Assembly: GCA_951406725.2 (NCBI GenBank)
Contig: OX597816.1
Span: forward strand, 8,184,001 to 8,248,000
Direction of reading: 5' to 3'
DNA length: 64,000 bases
Source of the DNA: Octopus vulgaris
Lineage: Eukaryota
Shown here: one piece after another, positions 25,337 to 39,084 of the stretch
Numbering within the stretch: position 1 is the first letter of the stretch
How the letters are laid out: every line of letters begins with the position of its first letter
Position numbers and translations under genes: made by a program
Notes under the pieces: generated by a model
The model's database searches: none
What the model saw: the letters and a program-made list of their open reading frames with translations, nothing else
Told to the model about the DNA's origin: nothing

Positions 25337-28300
25337 GGAAGTCGGCTGGACGTGTTTTTCGCTTCTCTGACCAACCCAGCGTGACAACGGAAAAACTGGA
25401 AGATCTACTGTTTTCTGGAGAGTGAACCTTTCAATAGTTTTAAAAAAAAATAAATGAATAAATAAATAAAAAGAAGGGAAAACTATGCCCGGAGATAAAA
25501 CTATCAACAAAAAAAATACAGACGAATACAGATCTGCTAGGAAACTATGCCCGGAGATAAAACTATCAACAAAAAAAATACAGACGAATACAGATCTGCT
25601 TAGGAAACTGCGCTACGAACAATGTTTACGTGCAGAAAATTCTAAACTGACAGATCCGTCTCTTAATGTAAGAGTCGAAGCTCGTCATGCTTCAATGTCA
25701 ACAAAACAACCTACAATCCGCGATGGTCGACGAGCGGACTACAAAAGACCACGTACCCGAAAATTGAACCAAAGTCTGATTGAAAAATCAGCTACTGGAT
25801 CAAATCTTCCCGACACACAGGAGCTGGACGTACCCCGCAACTGGAATATTCCAACAGATGGCCATCCATGCTCGTCACCAAACACTCAAAAGAAAAAGAA
25901 GGAAAAATGGACTAGGGAAGATAATAAAGAAGTTCTTGCAGCCTTCTATCATGCCATATATTTCCTCACAGATAAATCGAACACTATACAAACCTACATA
26001 AACTGGAGACTGAAACACCCTGAAGTAAGACCCTACATAGACAGTAACAAACTCGCCAACGTCAGAAGAAACATTATAAAAAACAATTACTGACTGAAGT
26101 AGAGATTGACCAAATTAAACAAGCAGTAACGGATAGAATGAACGAAGCTGCAGCTAAAGAAGATAATACAGAGGAAATGATTATAGACCAGCTCAGAGCT
26201 AATACAAACGAAGTAAGGATTGAAAGAGTTAGTATAAGTGATAGGCAAAGTGAAATACTCCCTGAACCAAATATAAACACTAAGACAGATGAACATCAAA
26301 TAGATGAAGAAAGTCACACAAATATTGACCCGACAGAACTACATGAGCTAAAAAGTCAAATCATGATTGAATGGCTGAAAATTAAAGAAACCAGTATGGA
26401 TGAACGTGATACACTCCCTAAAATACGCAAATCTAACCAAAACATGAAAATAATTGGTAAAATCCGGCTTGCACTTAAGGATATAATTTCAGCTAATGAT
26501 GTTGATATCACAGATCTCAACCACCTATACTATGCATCCGCGAAAATCTCAACGATCCTATGTGGTGAAAAGATTAGAAAACGGCAACATTTCCACAAAA
26601 AGCCTTCTTGGCAAGAGCGTTTGCAACAACAAATTAAACTATTTAGATCTGACATTGAATATTTGAAAAACCTTAAGGTTCATAAGACTACCAAACCTGC
26701 AAAAACCCAAAAACTAATGAAAAAATATAATATGAAAACTATACTTGATATTGATGCCTACCATAGAAACCATCAAGCAAAAGGTATCTGCTAAAGCTGC
26801 CCGCATAGCGAGGTATGAAAAGCGTATTAGATTCTTCAGGGACAACAACATGTTCAAAAATAACCCCAAACATTTTTACAGGAAGATAGGAAAAACAACA
26901 GTTACTGTAAAGTCTGTACCATCAAAAGAAGAAGTGCAGGGATTTTGGAATAAAATTTGGGCAGAAGAAAAAACACACAGCGAAAAGGCCCCCTGGATTG
27001 ATAGAATATCTAAAGAACTGGACTCCTTAGAAGAGCAAAAGTGGGAGGGTGTCAAGGTAGAAGATATAAGATCTGCTCTCAGGAGGTCAAGCAAATGGAA
27101 GTCTCCAGGAAAGGATAAAATCCCTAACTTTTGGTTGAATGCCTTCCCAGAGAGCCATGAACTGCTAGCAGAACTTTACAACGATGTTTTGCAACACCCT
27201 AGTAGGATGCCTCCTTGGCTAGTTAATGGGTTAACATTCCTGCTTCCAAAAAGTGAAGAAACAAATGAACCCAAAAACTATAGACCCATAACCTGCTTAA
27301 CAACTATGTATAAAACACTAACATCTGTCCTGACGGAATATACCTATAGTTTTTTGACAGACAGCAGCATATTCCCTAATGAACAGAAAGGATGTAAACG
27401 TGGATCCTACGGTTGTAAAGATCAACTACTCATCAATAAGATGATCTTAGAAGATTGTCACAAACGACACAAAAACTTATCAATAGGCTGGATAGACTAT
27501 AAAAAGGCTTTTGATAGCCTTCCACATAGCTGGATTAATAAATGCCTAGAAATGTATAAGATAGCACCTGCTCTGCGAAACTTTTTGTCTGTAAGTATGA
27601 GATCATGGAGAACCACACTAACTTTGAATAGTGACAATGAATCTCTAAATGCTGGTGATGTAAAAATTTCATGTGGCATTTTCCAGGGTGACTCACTATC
27701 ACCGCTCCTCTTCTGTTTAGCCTTAATACCTCTCTCAAAACTGCTCAATGACGCGCAGTACGGATATAAAATGTTTGATAAAAATATAAATCATCTCATT
27801 TACATGGATGATTTAAAGATCTTTGCAAAAAAAGACCAACAACTCAAGGGCTTACTAGCGATTGTCAAACAATTCAGTGATGACATCAGAATGCAATTTG
27901 GCCTCGATAAATGCGCAAAAGCTACCTTTATCAAAGGAAAAATGACAGAAACATCTAACGTTAACCTTAACCAGCAGAATGTCATAAAAGAATTAGACCC
28001 AGCAGAGAACTACAAGTATCTAGGGGTAATTGAAGGAGAAGGAATAAGGCATTCAGAGATGAAGGAAAGGATCAGGAGAGAATGCTATCGCAGAGTAAGA
28101 GCAATACTCAAGACAGAGCTGAATGCGAGAAACAGGATCGAAGCGATCAATGCATTAGCCATAACCAGTCGTGACTTACAGTTTCAGTATCGTTAACTGG
28201 TCAATTACTGAAATATGTAATCTTGACAGAAAAATACGAAAATTGTTGACAATGCATAGAATGCACCACCCTAAGGCAGATACAGAACGACTTTATCTGC

Positions 28301-29565
28301 CAAGAAAAGAGGAGGCCGTGGACTTTTACAACTGGCAATAACAATGAAGATTGCTACAATTGGCCTAGACACCTACCTGAAAAACTCTGAGGACTGGATG
28401 TTAAAACTTGTCTCAAAACATGAAAACAAGAAAGCATCATACTCAGTAACAAAACAGGCAAAGGAATATCTAAGTGAATTCCGAATACAACAAATTTCGG
28501 AATTAGAGATAGACATACAAGAAACAGGCACAGAAAAAGCTAAGCGCATGAAAACCCGTGCTAAATCTGCGGCCTTAGATATTCTGAATGATAAATGGCA
28601 AGAAAAACCTCTCTATGGCAAATACCCAAAGAGAGCAAATAATGCAGATGTTGACAAAGCCCTGACCCATCAATGGCTAATGGCCTCTGGCTTAAAATCT
28701 GAAACAGAGGGGTTTATCATAGCAGCTCAAGATCAATGCCTACCAACAAGAAACTACCAGGTCAACATATTAAAGATCAGAAGCAGTCCAACGTGTCGTG
28801 TTTGCAAGCAACAAAATGAAACCATTGACCATGTGGTCTCCAAGTGCAGTCTTCTAGCGCCTACAGAGTATCTCAACAGGCACGATAGAGCTGCACAATA
28901 TATTCACTGGGTAATCTGTAAAAACCTGGATTTGCCCCATGAAAAAAACTGGTGGGAACACAAACCACCCCCAGTGCTTGAAAATGACCACATCTCACTC
29001 CTCTGGAACTTCACCATTCAAACTGACAGAAAGATAGATGCAAATAGGCCAGACATCATATTGAAAGACTTCAAACAAAGAACATGCCTCCTCATTGATA
29101 TGACTGTCCCAATCGATATAAACGTATCTGTCAAGACCTACCAAAAACTGAGCAAATATAAAGATCTTGAAATAGAAATCAGCAAAATGTGGAAGCTGAA
29201 GACTAAAACAATACCTGTTGTCATAGGTGCCCTGGGAATGATAGCAAAAGGGGCTGATAGCTACCTAACTCAGATACCAGGAAACCCAAAAATGGCAGAA
29301 ATTCAAAAGATAGTGCTCATGGGAACTGCTCATATCCTACGCAAAATACTTTCTATGTAATCTCAAGGTTTAAAACAAACATAATTTTCGGTTTAAAAAA
29401 AAAAAATCTTTTTTTTTAGACATTCATTAGTACAACACCCCACCCCCCAAATATATGGCACACTAGGCATAACAACAACATGAACTTCCAACCCTGTTGT
29501 CTCTTGAGGTCTCTGGGTGAGACTTGGAGCCAACTTGTACTAATATAAAGCAAAAGTCAAACATA

Positions 29566-29566
<1 letters not shown>
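25337..29566 (+). mobile_element. Near full-length R4/Dong-clade RLE non-LTR retrotransposon flanked by (TAA)n
   Basis: Single long reading frame split into pieces; (TAA)n at 25287-25336 and 29567-29640 matches the known TAA-microsatellite target of Dong elements; the true 5' end may extend to about 25036. Confidence 0.93.
25485..29360 (+). pseudogene. Dong polyprotein (N-terminal domain, RT, CCHC knuckle, restriction-like endonuclease) with 4 frameshifts
   Basis: KWTREDNKEVL (N-term); KSPGKDKI, NYRPITCL, IDYKKAFDS, GIFQGDSLSPLLF, YMDDLK, YKYLG (RT); CRVC..ETIDHVVSKC; RHD; RPDII...IDMTVP...KLSKYKDL (REL). Frameshifts near 26080, 26760, 28165 and 28310. Confidence 0.92.
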
Positions 29567-29639
<73 letters not shown>

Positions 29640-29640
<1 letters not shown>

Positions 29641-30045
29641 GGTGGCGGGCCGGCAGAATCGTTAGCACGCCGGGCGAAATGCTTAGCGGTATTTCGTCTG
29701 CTGTTACGTTGTGAGTTCAAATTCCGCCGAGGTCGACTTTGCCTTTCATCCTTGCGGAGTCGATAAATTAAGTACCAGTTACGCACTGGGGTCGATGTCT
29801 TTGACTTACCCCTCCCCGTCTGTCTGTCCTTGTTTGTCTCCTCTGTGTTTAACCCCTTGTGGGTAGTAAAGAAATAGGTATTTCGCCCGTGGTTACGTTC
29901 TGAGTTCAAATTCCGCCGAGGTTGACTTTGCCTTTCATCCTTTCGGGGTCGATTAATTAGGTACCAGTCAAGTCCTGGGGTCGATGTCTTGACTTACCCC
30001 TCCCCACAAATTTGAGGCCTTGTGCCTCCAGTAGAAAGGATTATT
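29640..30045 (+). mobile_element. SINE family B dimer
   Basis: One head plus two body units; further family B copies at about 40688-40830, 48315-48537, 50415-50605, 51672-52102, 55177-55437, 55512-55722, 56405-56605, 57540-57960, 61767-61997. Confidence 0.85.
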
Positions 30046-30690
30046 CTTATTCCTTCGTAACACAGCGTAGGTAAAAATGCACTGGTCTTTAGTCATCTGT
30101 CAAGCCACAATAAAGACATCTGACGGATAATACTTTCCTTAAGATGTGCGCTGTTCCCAATAAGGCTGCTTTTTGCAAGACATCAATCTTACATTGGATT
30201 TCCAGTTGCCTTAAGAAGTCTTGAAGTTTCAATGGGATTGAACCCAGCGCTTCGATCACCACTGGTATCACTTTTACATTACCCTCTCGCATTCCATACA
30301 GTCTTACCATTTCCACTTTCAATTCGGAGTACTTGGTGATTTTTTTCAACCTCTTTCCTCACAACATTCATGTCATTTGGCTCCATCAATGATCTGACAA
30401 TATTTGTCTCTCTTATTCAATATGACAATATCCGGCCGACAGTGTTCGATTACACGATCCGTCTGAAAATCATAGTCCCAGAGTATCGTTACTTTTCCAT
30501 CCTCCTGCATAATTTTACTTGGTATATGTTCATACCAGTTCTCTGCATTTACGGCATAAGAGCCAATGAAGATACACACACACTTTATCGTGGCGGCGCT
30601 TGTATTCCTTTTGTGCAAGGCTCTCTCATTCACTTATCAAGGGGGTCACATTTTCCACACTCTTTCCACAGAGTCAGCATTTCTGGGTGT
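30046..30690 (-). mobile_element. Second Dong family, 3' fragment (REL domain and 3' UTR)
   Basis: WYEHIP...ILWDYDFQTDRVIEHCRPDIVI; KITKYSELK...IPVVIEALG...LQKAALLGTAHILRKVL; the 3' UTR matches 57430-57535. Confidence 0.88.
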
Positions 30691-31913
30691 CAGAAATTTG
30701 GCATAACTACGGATTTCTGCCCCACCCTCCACTCCGACTTTGGATGAACATAACTTTCAGAAAAATGGATATTTTTAAATGAAATTTTCTACGAATATGT
30801 GTTATATCATGTAGATTCCGAATATACAGAAGTTTTTTTTTTGGGGTGGGCGGGGTAAATTTCGGAAAATTCGGAAAATCCACCGGAGTCCACTTCAATT
30901 CGTCTTAACCTTCAAGAAAATGAATATTTTTGTGCGTTTGTGCATCCGTAGATTTCTACGACACACACACACACACACACACACATGTTTGTAATTTAAA
31001 AAGTTCAAATGTTCAATATCATGTTTTATTATAGAGATTATGTAACAAATTACACTTTACACTTCTATATTTAACTGCGCGTGTATATTCCTTATGTTTG
31101 TTTCTGGTGTCTTCTGCCTTTCTATTACAAATGTTTACCTGGCAATTTACTTAAAGTCAAAAATAATCGTATGCAACAGATAAGTTGTCTTAATAACATA
31201 TTTCTGTGTACCAGACATTTAGCTGCTATTTTTAGCATAACGAGTTTTCTGGTGAGGGCTTTATTTGCTTTCCTTGCTTGTTTGTTGCTTCAGCAGAAAT
31301 CTACGGATGCATAAACGCACAAAACGGAGGAAATGAAACAAGTATGGACGACTTGTTCCCCGAGAAAAATAATCTTGTGGCTAGTAGACCCGCGCTCTTA
31401 ACCACTACGCCATATACCATATGGCGTAGAGGTTAAGAACGCGGGCTACCATCCCTAAGATTCCGAGTTCGATTCCAGGCAGTGATCTGAATAATTATTA
31501 TAATTTTTCATTTTTTTTCATTTTCTTGTTTCAGTCATTCGACTGTGGCCATGCTGGAGCACCGCCTTTAGTCGAGCAAATCGACCCCAGGACTTATTCT
31601 TTGTAAGCCTAGTACTTATTCTATTAATCTCTTTTACCGAACCGCTAAGTTACGGGGACGTAAACACACCAGCATAGGTTGTCAAACGATGTTTGGGGAA
31701 GGGGGAGCAAACACAACACACAAACATACACATATATATATACATATATACGACGGGCTTCTTTCAGTTTCCGTCTACCAACTCCACTCACAAGGCTTTG
31801 GTCGGCCTGAGGCTATAGTAGAAGACACTTGCCCAAGGTGCCACACAGTGGAACTGAACCTGGACCCATGTGGTTGGTAAGCAAGCTACTTACCACCCAG
31901 CCACTCCTACGCC

Positions 31914-31979
<66 letters not shown>

Positions 31980-32026
31980 TCGAAAAATACCTTAGGAATG
32001 AGAACCCAGGTTCGAAATTTCCCCAA

Positions 32027-32072
32027 GACACCTGATGAAGGCTGGAGGGTATATCAGCTGAAACTTTGTGTT
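32027..32072 (+). ncRNA. Minimal type I hammerhead motif (one stem III substitution)
   Basis: GACAC-CTGATGA-A-GGCTG GAGGGTATAT CAGCT-GAAAC-TTT-GTGTT, just downstream of an (AAT)n tract. Confidence 0.7.
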
Positions 32073-32122
32073 AACAACAAACAAGATGAGGACAAATATC
32101 CGTCAAATGTAAATAATGTAAA

Positions 32123-32646
32123 TAAGGTAATCTTTATGTCCAACTAAGGATGGATGCATTGTTAAAACACCGAATACTGCGTTGTTAGGTTATTAGCTTT
32201 GAGAGATCCTTTCATATAGGCACTTGGTGCATAAAACCGCATACATAGACCATAGCAGATGAAATTCATCTGGCATGGCCACTGGAATTCAAACTGTTTA
32301 GTTAAAAAAAAATAATTTAAAAAATCTGTGAGCGGAACTGAACAGATACCAATTCCCATATCACTTGATTTCGTTCTATTGGAACCCAGTGTAAACACCG
32401 GTCGCCGCATGCCAGCCAAATCTCACTGCTACGATATGAAGAATTTCAGCCTCTTTTCAGACGCTGTTTCGCAAATAGCCAGCAGCTAACTAAAAATTAA
32501 TTATTCTGAATTTCGTCTGTTACACTCTATATGTATAGTTTTATGCACGAAGCGCCTACAAAAGAGGATCTCTTGAGGCTAATAACGTAGTATTCGGTGT
32601 TCCAACAAGGCAGCCGTGTTAAGTTGGATATAAAAATTATCTTTTG
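32123..32646. mobile_element. Old MITE-like element with about 125 bp diverged terminal inverted repeats
   Basis: AACACCGAATACT / AGTATTCGGTGTT, GTGCATAAAAC / GTTTTATGCAC, GAGATCCT / AGGATCTC and TCCAACT / AGTTGGA occur in mirror order. Confidence 0.6.
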
Positions 32647-32955
32647 GTATTAAATGTAGAAGGTTAGCATCTGAACCGAGTCGAGAGATTAGTATAGCAG
32701 TGATGTTCTGGTGATCTGAAGAGCTTGCCTTCTACATCTGCATTGATTTGTAATTGTAGAATTTTAATGGGCAACGTGTAGCATATACATTGGTGCTGAG
32801 ATGTAGAATAACTTAGGCTTCCCAACCACATGTCCCGGGTTCAATCCTACTGCATGGCATCTTGGGCGAGTGTCTTCTACTATATAGCCTTGGGACAGCA
32901 AAAGTCTTGAGTGGATTTGGTAGACGGAAACTCAAAGAAGCCTGCTGTATATATG

Positions 32956-33023
<68 letters not shown>

Positions 33024-33578
33024 TCGGCAAAAGAGACTGATAGAATAAGTACCAGACTTACAAAGAATAAGTCCTGAAGTCAATTTATTCGATTAAAACC
33101 TTTTAAGGCGGTACTCCAGCATGGTCACCGTCAAATTTTTCATATTCTTTCTGAAAAGTTGCAACTGGGATTTCAGAATGATACCCGCTCTCTCCGGCAG
33201 TGGGCCCCGATACTGCGTTGTATCAGAATAGAATAGAATAGAATTTATATGTTTCTTGTGACTAGGAACATGATTCCAACTGATTTTAAATAGAGCCAGT
33301 GTCGGTAAATATATCAAATTATAAAACCATCGACAGAGAAAAACTTTAGACGAGAAAACTATTGTCAGCAAATATTTCACCTGCTCTGCTTTGTTTGGTG
33401 ATGGAATTTCCTTTCAATATTGTTCCTGAATTCGTTTTGTTAGTGTCACAGAAATTGTATTCTACATTCTTTAATAAACAGACGGAAATCAATAATATTC
33501 TATATACAAAATGTGGTTCTGGCCAAGACTCTTTACAGACTCCGGTAGGTCTGCAAATATATGTGTGTGTGTTGTGCG

Positions 33579-33650
<72 letters not shown>

Positions 33651-34664
33651 ATATCTATCTCTATAAGTAGTAGGAACTTATTAAACATCATGAGTGTTCT
33701 GAGTTCTAGACCGCTTGAATACCTGGAAAAAGAAATGATGAAAGATCATTGCCGACATTAAGATTAAGTCCTTAAGTGTGTAATCCTCCAGGGTTACCAT
33801 CAACAGACTTACACTTCTGTTTTGATAAGTTCTTAGCGTCGGTAGAGTGAGAGTAGGTTCTCTACAAGCCGAATAAGCGATGCAGGTTCGACTCCAGACG
33901 AACTATTTCATTCTTTTATCTACCATGTATCTGCAGATTTCAAATGTAGTCGATTGCCTGGTCATGGATGGACTCTACTTGCATATTACATAGAAATTTA
34001 ACAGTAATGTCTCACTTGCCTGTTTGATGAAGATGTTTCGGGACATAATCTTTTAAAACTTAAAAAATTCCTACATTGAATTTTAACGATATTTGCCTAA
34101 CGGATATAAAAGTAGTTGTTCATGCCTTTCCATGAAGTTACATAAGGCGCAGATGTGACTGTGTGGTAAGAAGTTTGCTTCTCAACTATATGGTTTCGGG
34201 TTCAGACCCACTACGTGACACCTTGGAAAAATGTTTTCTAATACAGCCTTGGGCCAACCGAAAGCTTGTGGGTGGATTTAGTAGATCAAAACTGAAAGAA
34301 GCCCGTCGTACAATATATATACATACATGTAAAATTTAAAATCGGATAAAATCTTTATAAGAATTTATCAAGTAGTCAGCGTGAAAAACCTGATAAGGGG
34401 AAAATTATAATTATTCCCTTTAAATATTACCTTTAAATTCATTTATATTAAAGGCATTAATACACATAATTATTCCCTTTAAATATATTTATTTCTATTA
34501 AGGGCATTATTATGGTGGTTTTAACTTTAAGAGTCCCTCATAGCGTGAGGCATTTATCTGTATTAATGCCCTTAATATAAATCCATCCATAAATACATAT
34601 ATATATACGTATATATATGCATGCATGCATGTATGTATGTATGTATGTATGTATGTATGTATGT

Positions 34665-34812
34665 ATGTATGTATGAGAGTATGTGTGTTTGTGTTTGTCA
34701 CACTACCGCTTCATAACCGGTGTTGATGTGTTTACGTCCCGGCAATTGAGCAGTTCGGAAAAAGACCCCAATAGAATAAGTGCCAGGCTTTACTAAAAAA
34801 AAAATTTTTTTT

Positions 34813-34887
<75 letters not shown>

Positions 34888-35765
34888 AATAACAAGTACT
34901 GGTTTCAATTCGTTCGATTAAAATTCTTCAAGGCGGTGCCCCAGCATGGCCGTAGTCTAATGGCTGAAACAAATAAAATATAAAGCCATGTGTTCGATAT
35001 GAATTATCTATATCCAGAAACCTAACCATATCGTCACTTTAGTTCACACAGAAGTTGGTCTCTTCTGTCCGGCCGTTGCCAACAACTCGAAGTACGACAG
35101 GAACAGAATTCTGAAAAATAAAAGAAAAATATGTTCTTGGGTGTGGTACATATTCAGAATAACTCTCATGAAGTTTCAAGAAGAATATCTCAACGTTTCT
35201 TTTAAGTAAACCAAAACTTTGATCGTGGATATTTGCGTTTCAATATTGAAACATTACCAGGGCGGTGAGCTGGCAGAATCGTTAGCATGCAGAATCGTCT
35301 GCCTTTACGTTCTGAGTTCAAATTCCGCCGAGGTCGATTTTGCCTTTAATCCTTTTCGGAGTCAATCAATTAAGTACCAGTTCCGTACTGGAGTTGACCT
35401 AATCTACTGGCCCCCTCCCTCAAAATTTCGGTCCTTGTGCCTAGAGTAGAAAAGGATATTGAAACATTACCCAAACTTCCCGATTTGAGAAATTAATTGG
35501 AAGAGAAACGGAATTCCTTTTACTAGCTTGTTTACCATAAACTTTACATATTTAAGTTGTTGCTTTTCTTTTATAATTCCCCCAACGGGAGAGACCAACT
35601 TCTGTGTGAACTAAAGTGACGATATGGTTAGGTTTCTGGATATAGATAATTCATATCGAACACATACCTTTATATTTTATTTGTTTCAGCCATTACACTA
35701 CGGCCATGCTGGGGCACCGCCTTGAAGAATTTTAATCGCACGAATTGAAACCAGTACTTGTTATT

Positions 35766-35836
<71 letters not shown>

Positions 35837-35978
35837 TCTCTTAGTAACGCCTGACACTTATTGTAAGGGGTCTTCTTCCGAACTGCTCAATTTCCGGGAT
35901 GTAAACACATCAACACCGGTTATCAAGCGGTAGTGTGGGACAAACACAAACACATACTCTCATACATACACATATGTA
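34665..35978. repeat. Inverted duplication of about 390 bp (34665-35062 / 35591-35978) containing a SINE A 3' half, (GA)n and unique flank
   Basis: Includes non-SINE flank TGTGTTCGATATGAATTATC...GAAGTTGGTCTC in both orientations. Confidence 0.9.
35259..35456 (+). mobile_element. SINE family B with 16 bp TSD
   Basis: ATATTGAAACATTACC at 35243-35258 and 35457-35472. Confidence 0.9.
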
Positions 35979-35982
35979 TGTG

Positions 35983-36039
<57 letters not shown>

Positions 36040-38171
36040 GGGAGAATTCACAAAAAAACAAAAGACGAAGACAGGTGTAGACAAGAAACAGATGTATTAG
36101 TCTGTTCTCAGACATTTGTTAGCAGGGGCTAATCCTTACAGGGTCTAATTTCTATCCCAACTTTTTTCCATGAAATGATGGTAAAACGTAAAATATAGTC
36201 ATTTTACATACGCTTAATCTTTTACTCTTTTACTTGTTTCAGTCATTTGACTGCGGCCATGCTGGAGCACCGCCTTTAGTCGAACAAATCGACCCCAGGA
36301 GTTATTCTTTGTAAGCCTAGTACTTATTCTATCGGTCTCTTTTGCGGAACCGCTAAGTTACGGGGACGTAAACACACCAACATCGGTTGTCAAGTGATGT
36401 TGGGAGGGGACACAGACACACAAACGCACACACACACACATTCACACACATTCACACACACACATTCACACACACACACACACACACGCATATATATATA
36501 TACAAGAGGCTTCTTTCAGTTTCCGTCTACCAAATTCACTCACAATGCTTTGCTCACTCCGAGATTATAGCAGAAGACACCTGCCCATGCTGTCACGCGT
36601 TAATTACAATTTTGTTATCCTCAAGTACAATTAACAAAACAAGGAAAGCAGTCGTTCGCAATATTTTTTGCTAAATTATTCATTTTAGAAATATAGATTT
36701 AAAAAATTTTCCATGTGAAATTTGTAATTCTACATTTGGTTTCCCAATGTGCCACGAAATAGAGATTGGGAAGCCCTATGTTTCCCGTCTCTACTTAGCC
36801 ATACAATCTAAACTGATTCTTTATTAGCCACAAGGGGCTTTACACAGAATGGGACAATACAAACAAGACAAACATAAACTCGGGGAACTTAAAATACAAA
36901 AAGAAGATGAATTCAGACGAAAAAATTAAAGAAAACGAATGAAAATATGAAAAGATATAAATGAGGCGCAATGCCCACTCGAACCCCGAAGTCGGGTGGT
37001 TACATTTCGACAGTTATTTTTTTTTTCCTTTTTCATAGATGAATTTCACAAAAATTATCATTGAATTTTTCTTTTTAGACTCTCATAGTCCATTATGGTA
37101 GGTAGGCTTTCATGTAGCCGACACCATTTCACCAGTTTTATGTTCTTTGCGAAGCCCTCCATGAATTTGTCGTAACTCTCCCCAGGTATCAAAATGCCGC
37201 CATCATTTGAGTCAATATAAACATGGTGACGTGATATTTCGTTGTGTTTTGTCACAAATGAAATCATTCAAGTAATAAAATATTTCGACATTTTCTTCCC
37301 TGGAATATTGTAAACTCTGAGATCGATAATCTCTTAAACATGTAGATCGATAATCTCTTAAACATGTAGACCACGTCAGCCAGGTTGGAGGAAAACGTTA
37401 CAAATTAACTTTGATAATCCATTTAACCTTCAAATGCATTTTCTCTTCAGATATTTTATTTCAAAAAGAAACCCGCCGGAGTTAATTGTTTTGCTTTATT
37501 GTTGCGGATTTTCTAACGAGATAATCGAAATGAAATAAAATTGTATTTTAAGAAGAGATTTTGAATTTCCAAACAGAATTTATGAAGATCCATCCAGAAC
37601 GTTGGGTTTTGAAAAATTAATGGGCCGAAAGTTTTCTTTTAGGTTGGGGATTTAATCCCAACATTTTCACGGCTATTTTGTCGAGATTCAGTAATTTTAT
37701 ATATCGTTGAAGCAAAATTTAGTGATAAAGTCAAAATAATCTCGTCTGTTTCCGACTGATTGACATTAACGTCTTACTCACAGACGGCTGAATGCTATAT
37801 TTATATCGACGAATTTTCCATAATCGATAAAACATTCAAAGAGCGAAATATCTAAGGAATTATTCTGATGTTATGGTTTCATAGTTACAAGGTTTGCTAT
37901 TGAAACTACTTAGACATTGGAAATGTTCGTTTACAATTATTTATTCATGTCTGGTTTGTTTGAAATAAATTAACTGCTGAAAATTCGTCTACTGTTATAA
38001 GACATCGACAAATTATAGGTTTACTATATAAACCAAGGTGCAACAGACGACAGATATATATATTAATATCAACAACTAAAATCATTTTATAAATAAAAAC
38101 TGTAGAGACATATTTTAAACGTTAGATGGCGACATACTTTATCCAAAAGAAATTCGTTCCTCCTTTGAAGA

Positions 38172-38233
<62 letters not shown>

Positions 38234-39084
38234 GTATTACATTATATCCCAAGTTGATAATTTCCTCAATTGGTTTTTTTAGGAAACACAATAGTCTTCG
38301 TTTGTAGTTATCTCGCTATTTTTTTGTATTACTGAATTATTAAAAAGCTAACGTTTGCCGCTAACGGCAACAAATCAATAAACGAGCAACAGAAAATGGC
38401 CGTAAATAACACGAAGAAATAGAAACGATAGCGGGAGGAAGCTGTAGAAAGATAAATAGAAGAGAAAATTAGAGTGGGCGATGACTAACGAAATGATGAG
38501 GCGGAAATTCGCGAAAGATATCTCCAGTGAAATATTTATCAAAGATACGAAAACACAATGACATTTTCAACGGTGTTTTTCTAATCACGAACATTTGGCA
38601 TGTTTTCTTTCATTTGTCTCGGTTCCTGCATAGAAACAGACGAAAACTACACAAAAGACTGCCTTACTTTTTCTAGGTCGCATTCACAATATATGGCTTC
38701 GATTCACTTCAAATCATTTACATTTTCATGGCCACAGCAGATTTTACGTAATTAGCGAAGGATGATTAAAAAAAGTGATAGGTCTTTTCATATATATATA
38801 TATACACGGTATATTATTAGTAGTCAATAACGTATCATCATAAAACTATATTTTAAATGTATGTGGAATATATAATTATACTGTTTCCAAATCGTATTAT
38901 GTACAAAGTAAAGAATACTTGATATGAATATATATATAAACATTTTTATGTATGTAAGTATGTATGTATGTATGTATTTATTCAGCAATGCGTGCATACA
39001 TCTTTCTCTTCTGTATTTAATCATTTAAATTATTCCTCTGAAGAAGGAGCTAGTTTCTCACATTCTCCTAATCTATTCTTTGCT

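Noticed and set aside
37320-37370. 24 bp tandem duplication (also 21 bp at about 7008 and 16 bp at about 19945)
   Set aside because: Ordinary slippage duplications with no further structure
39035-39060. CTGAAGA-AGGAGCTAGTTTC half hammerhead
   Set aside because: The 3' half is absent (Dong fragment follows); probably a truncated HHR element but it cannot be folded
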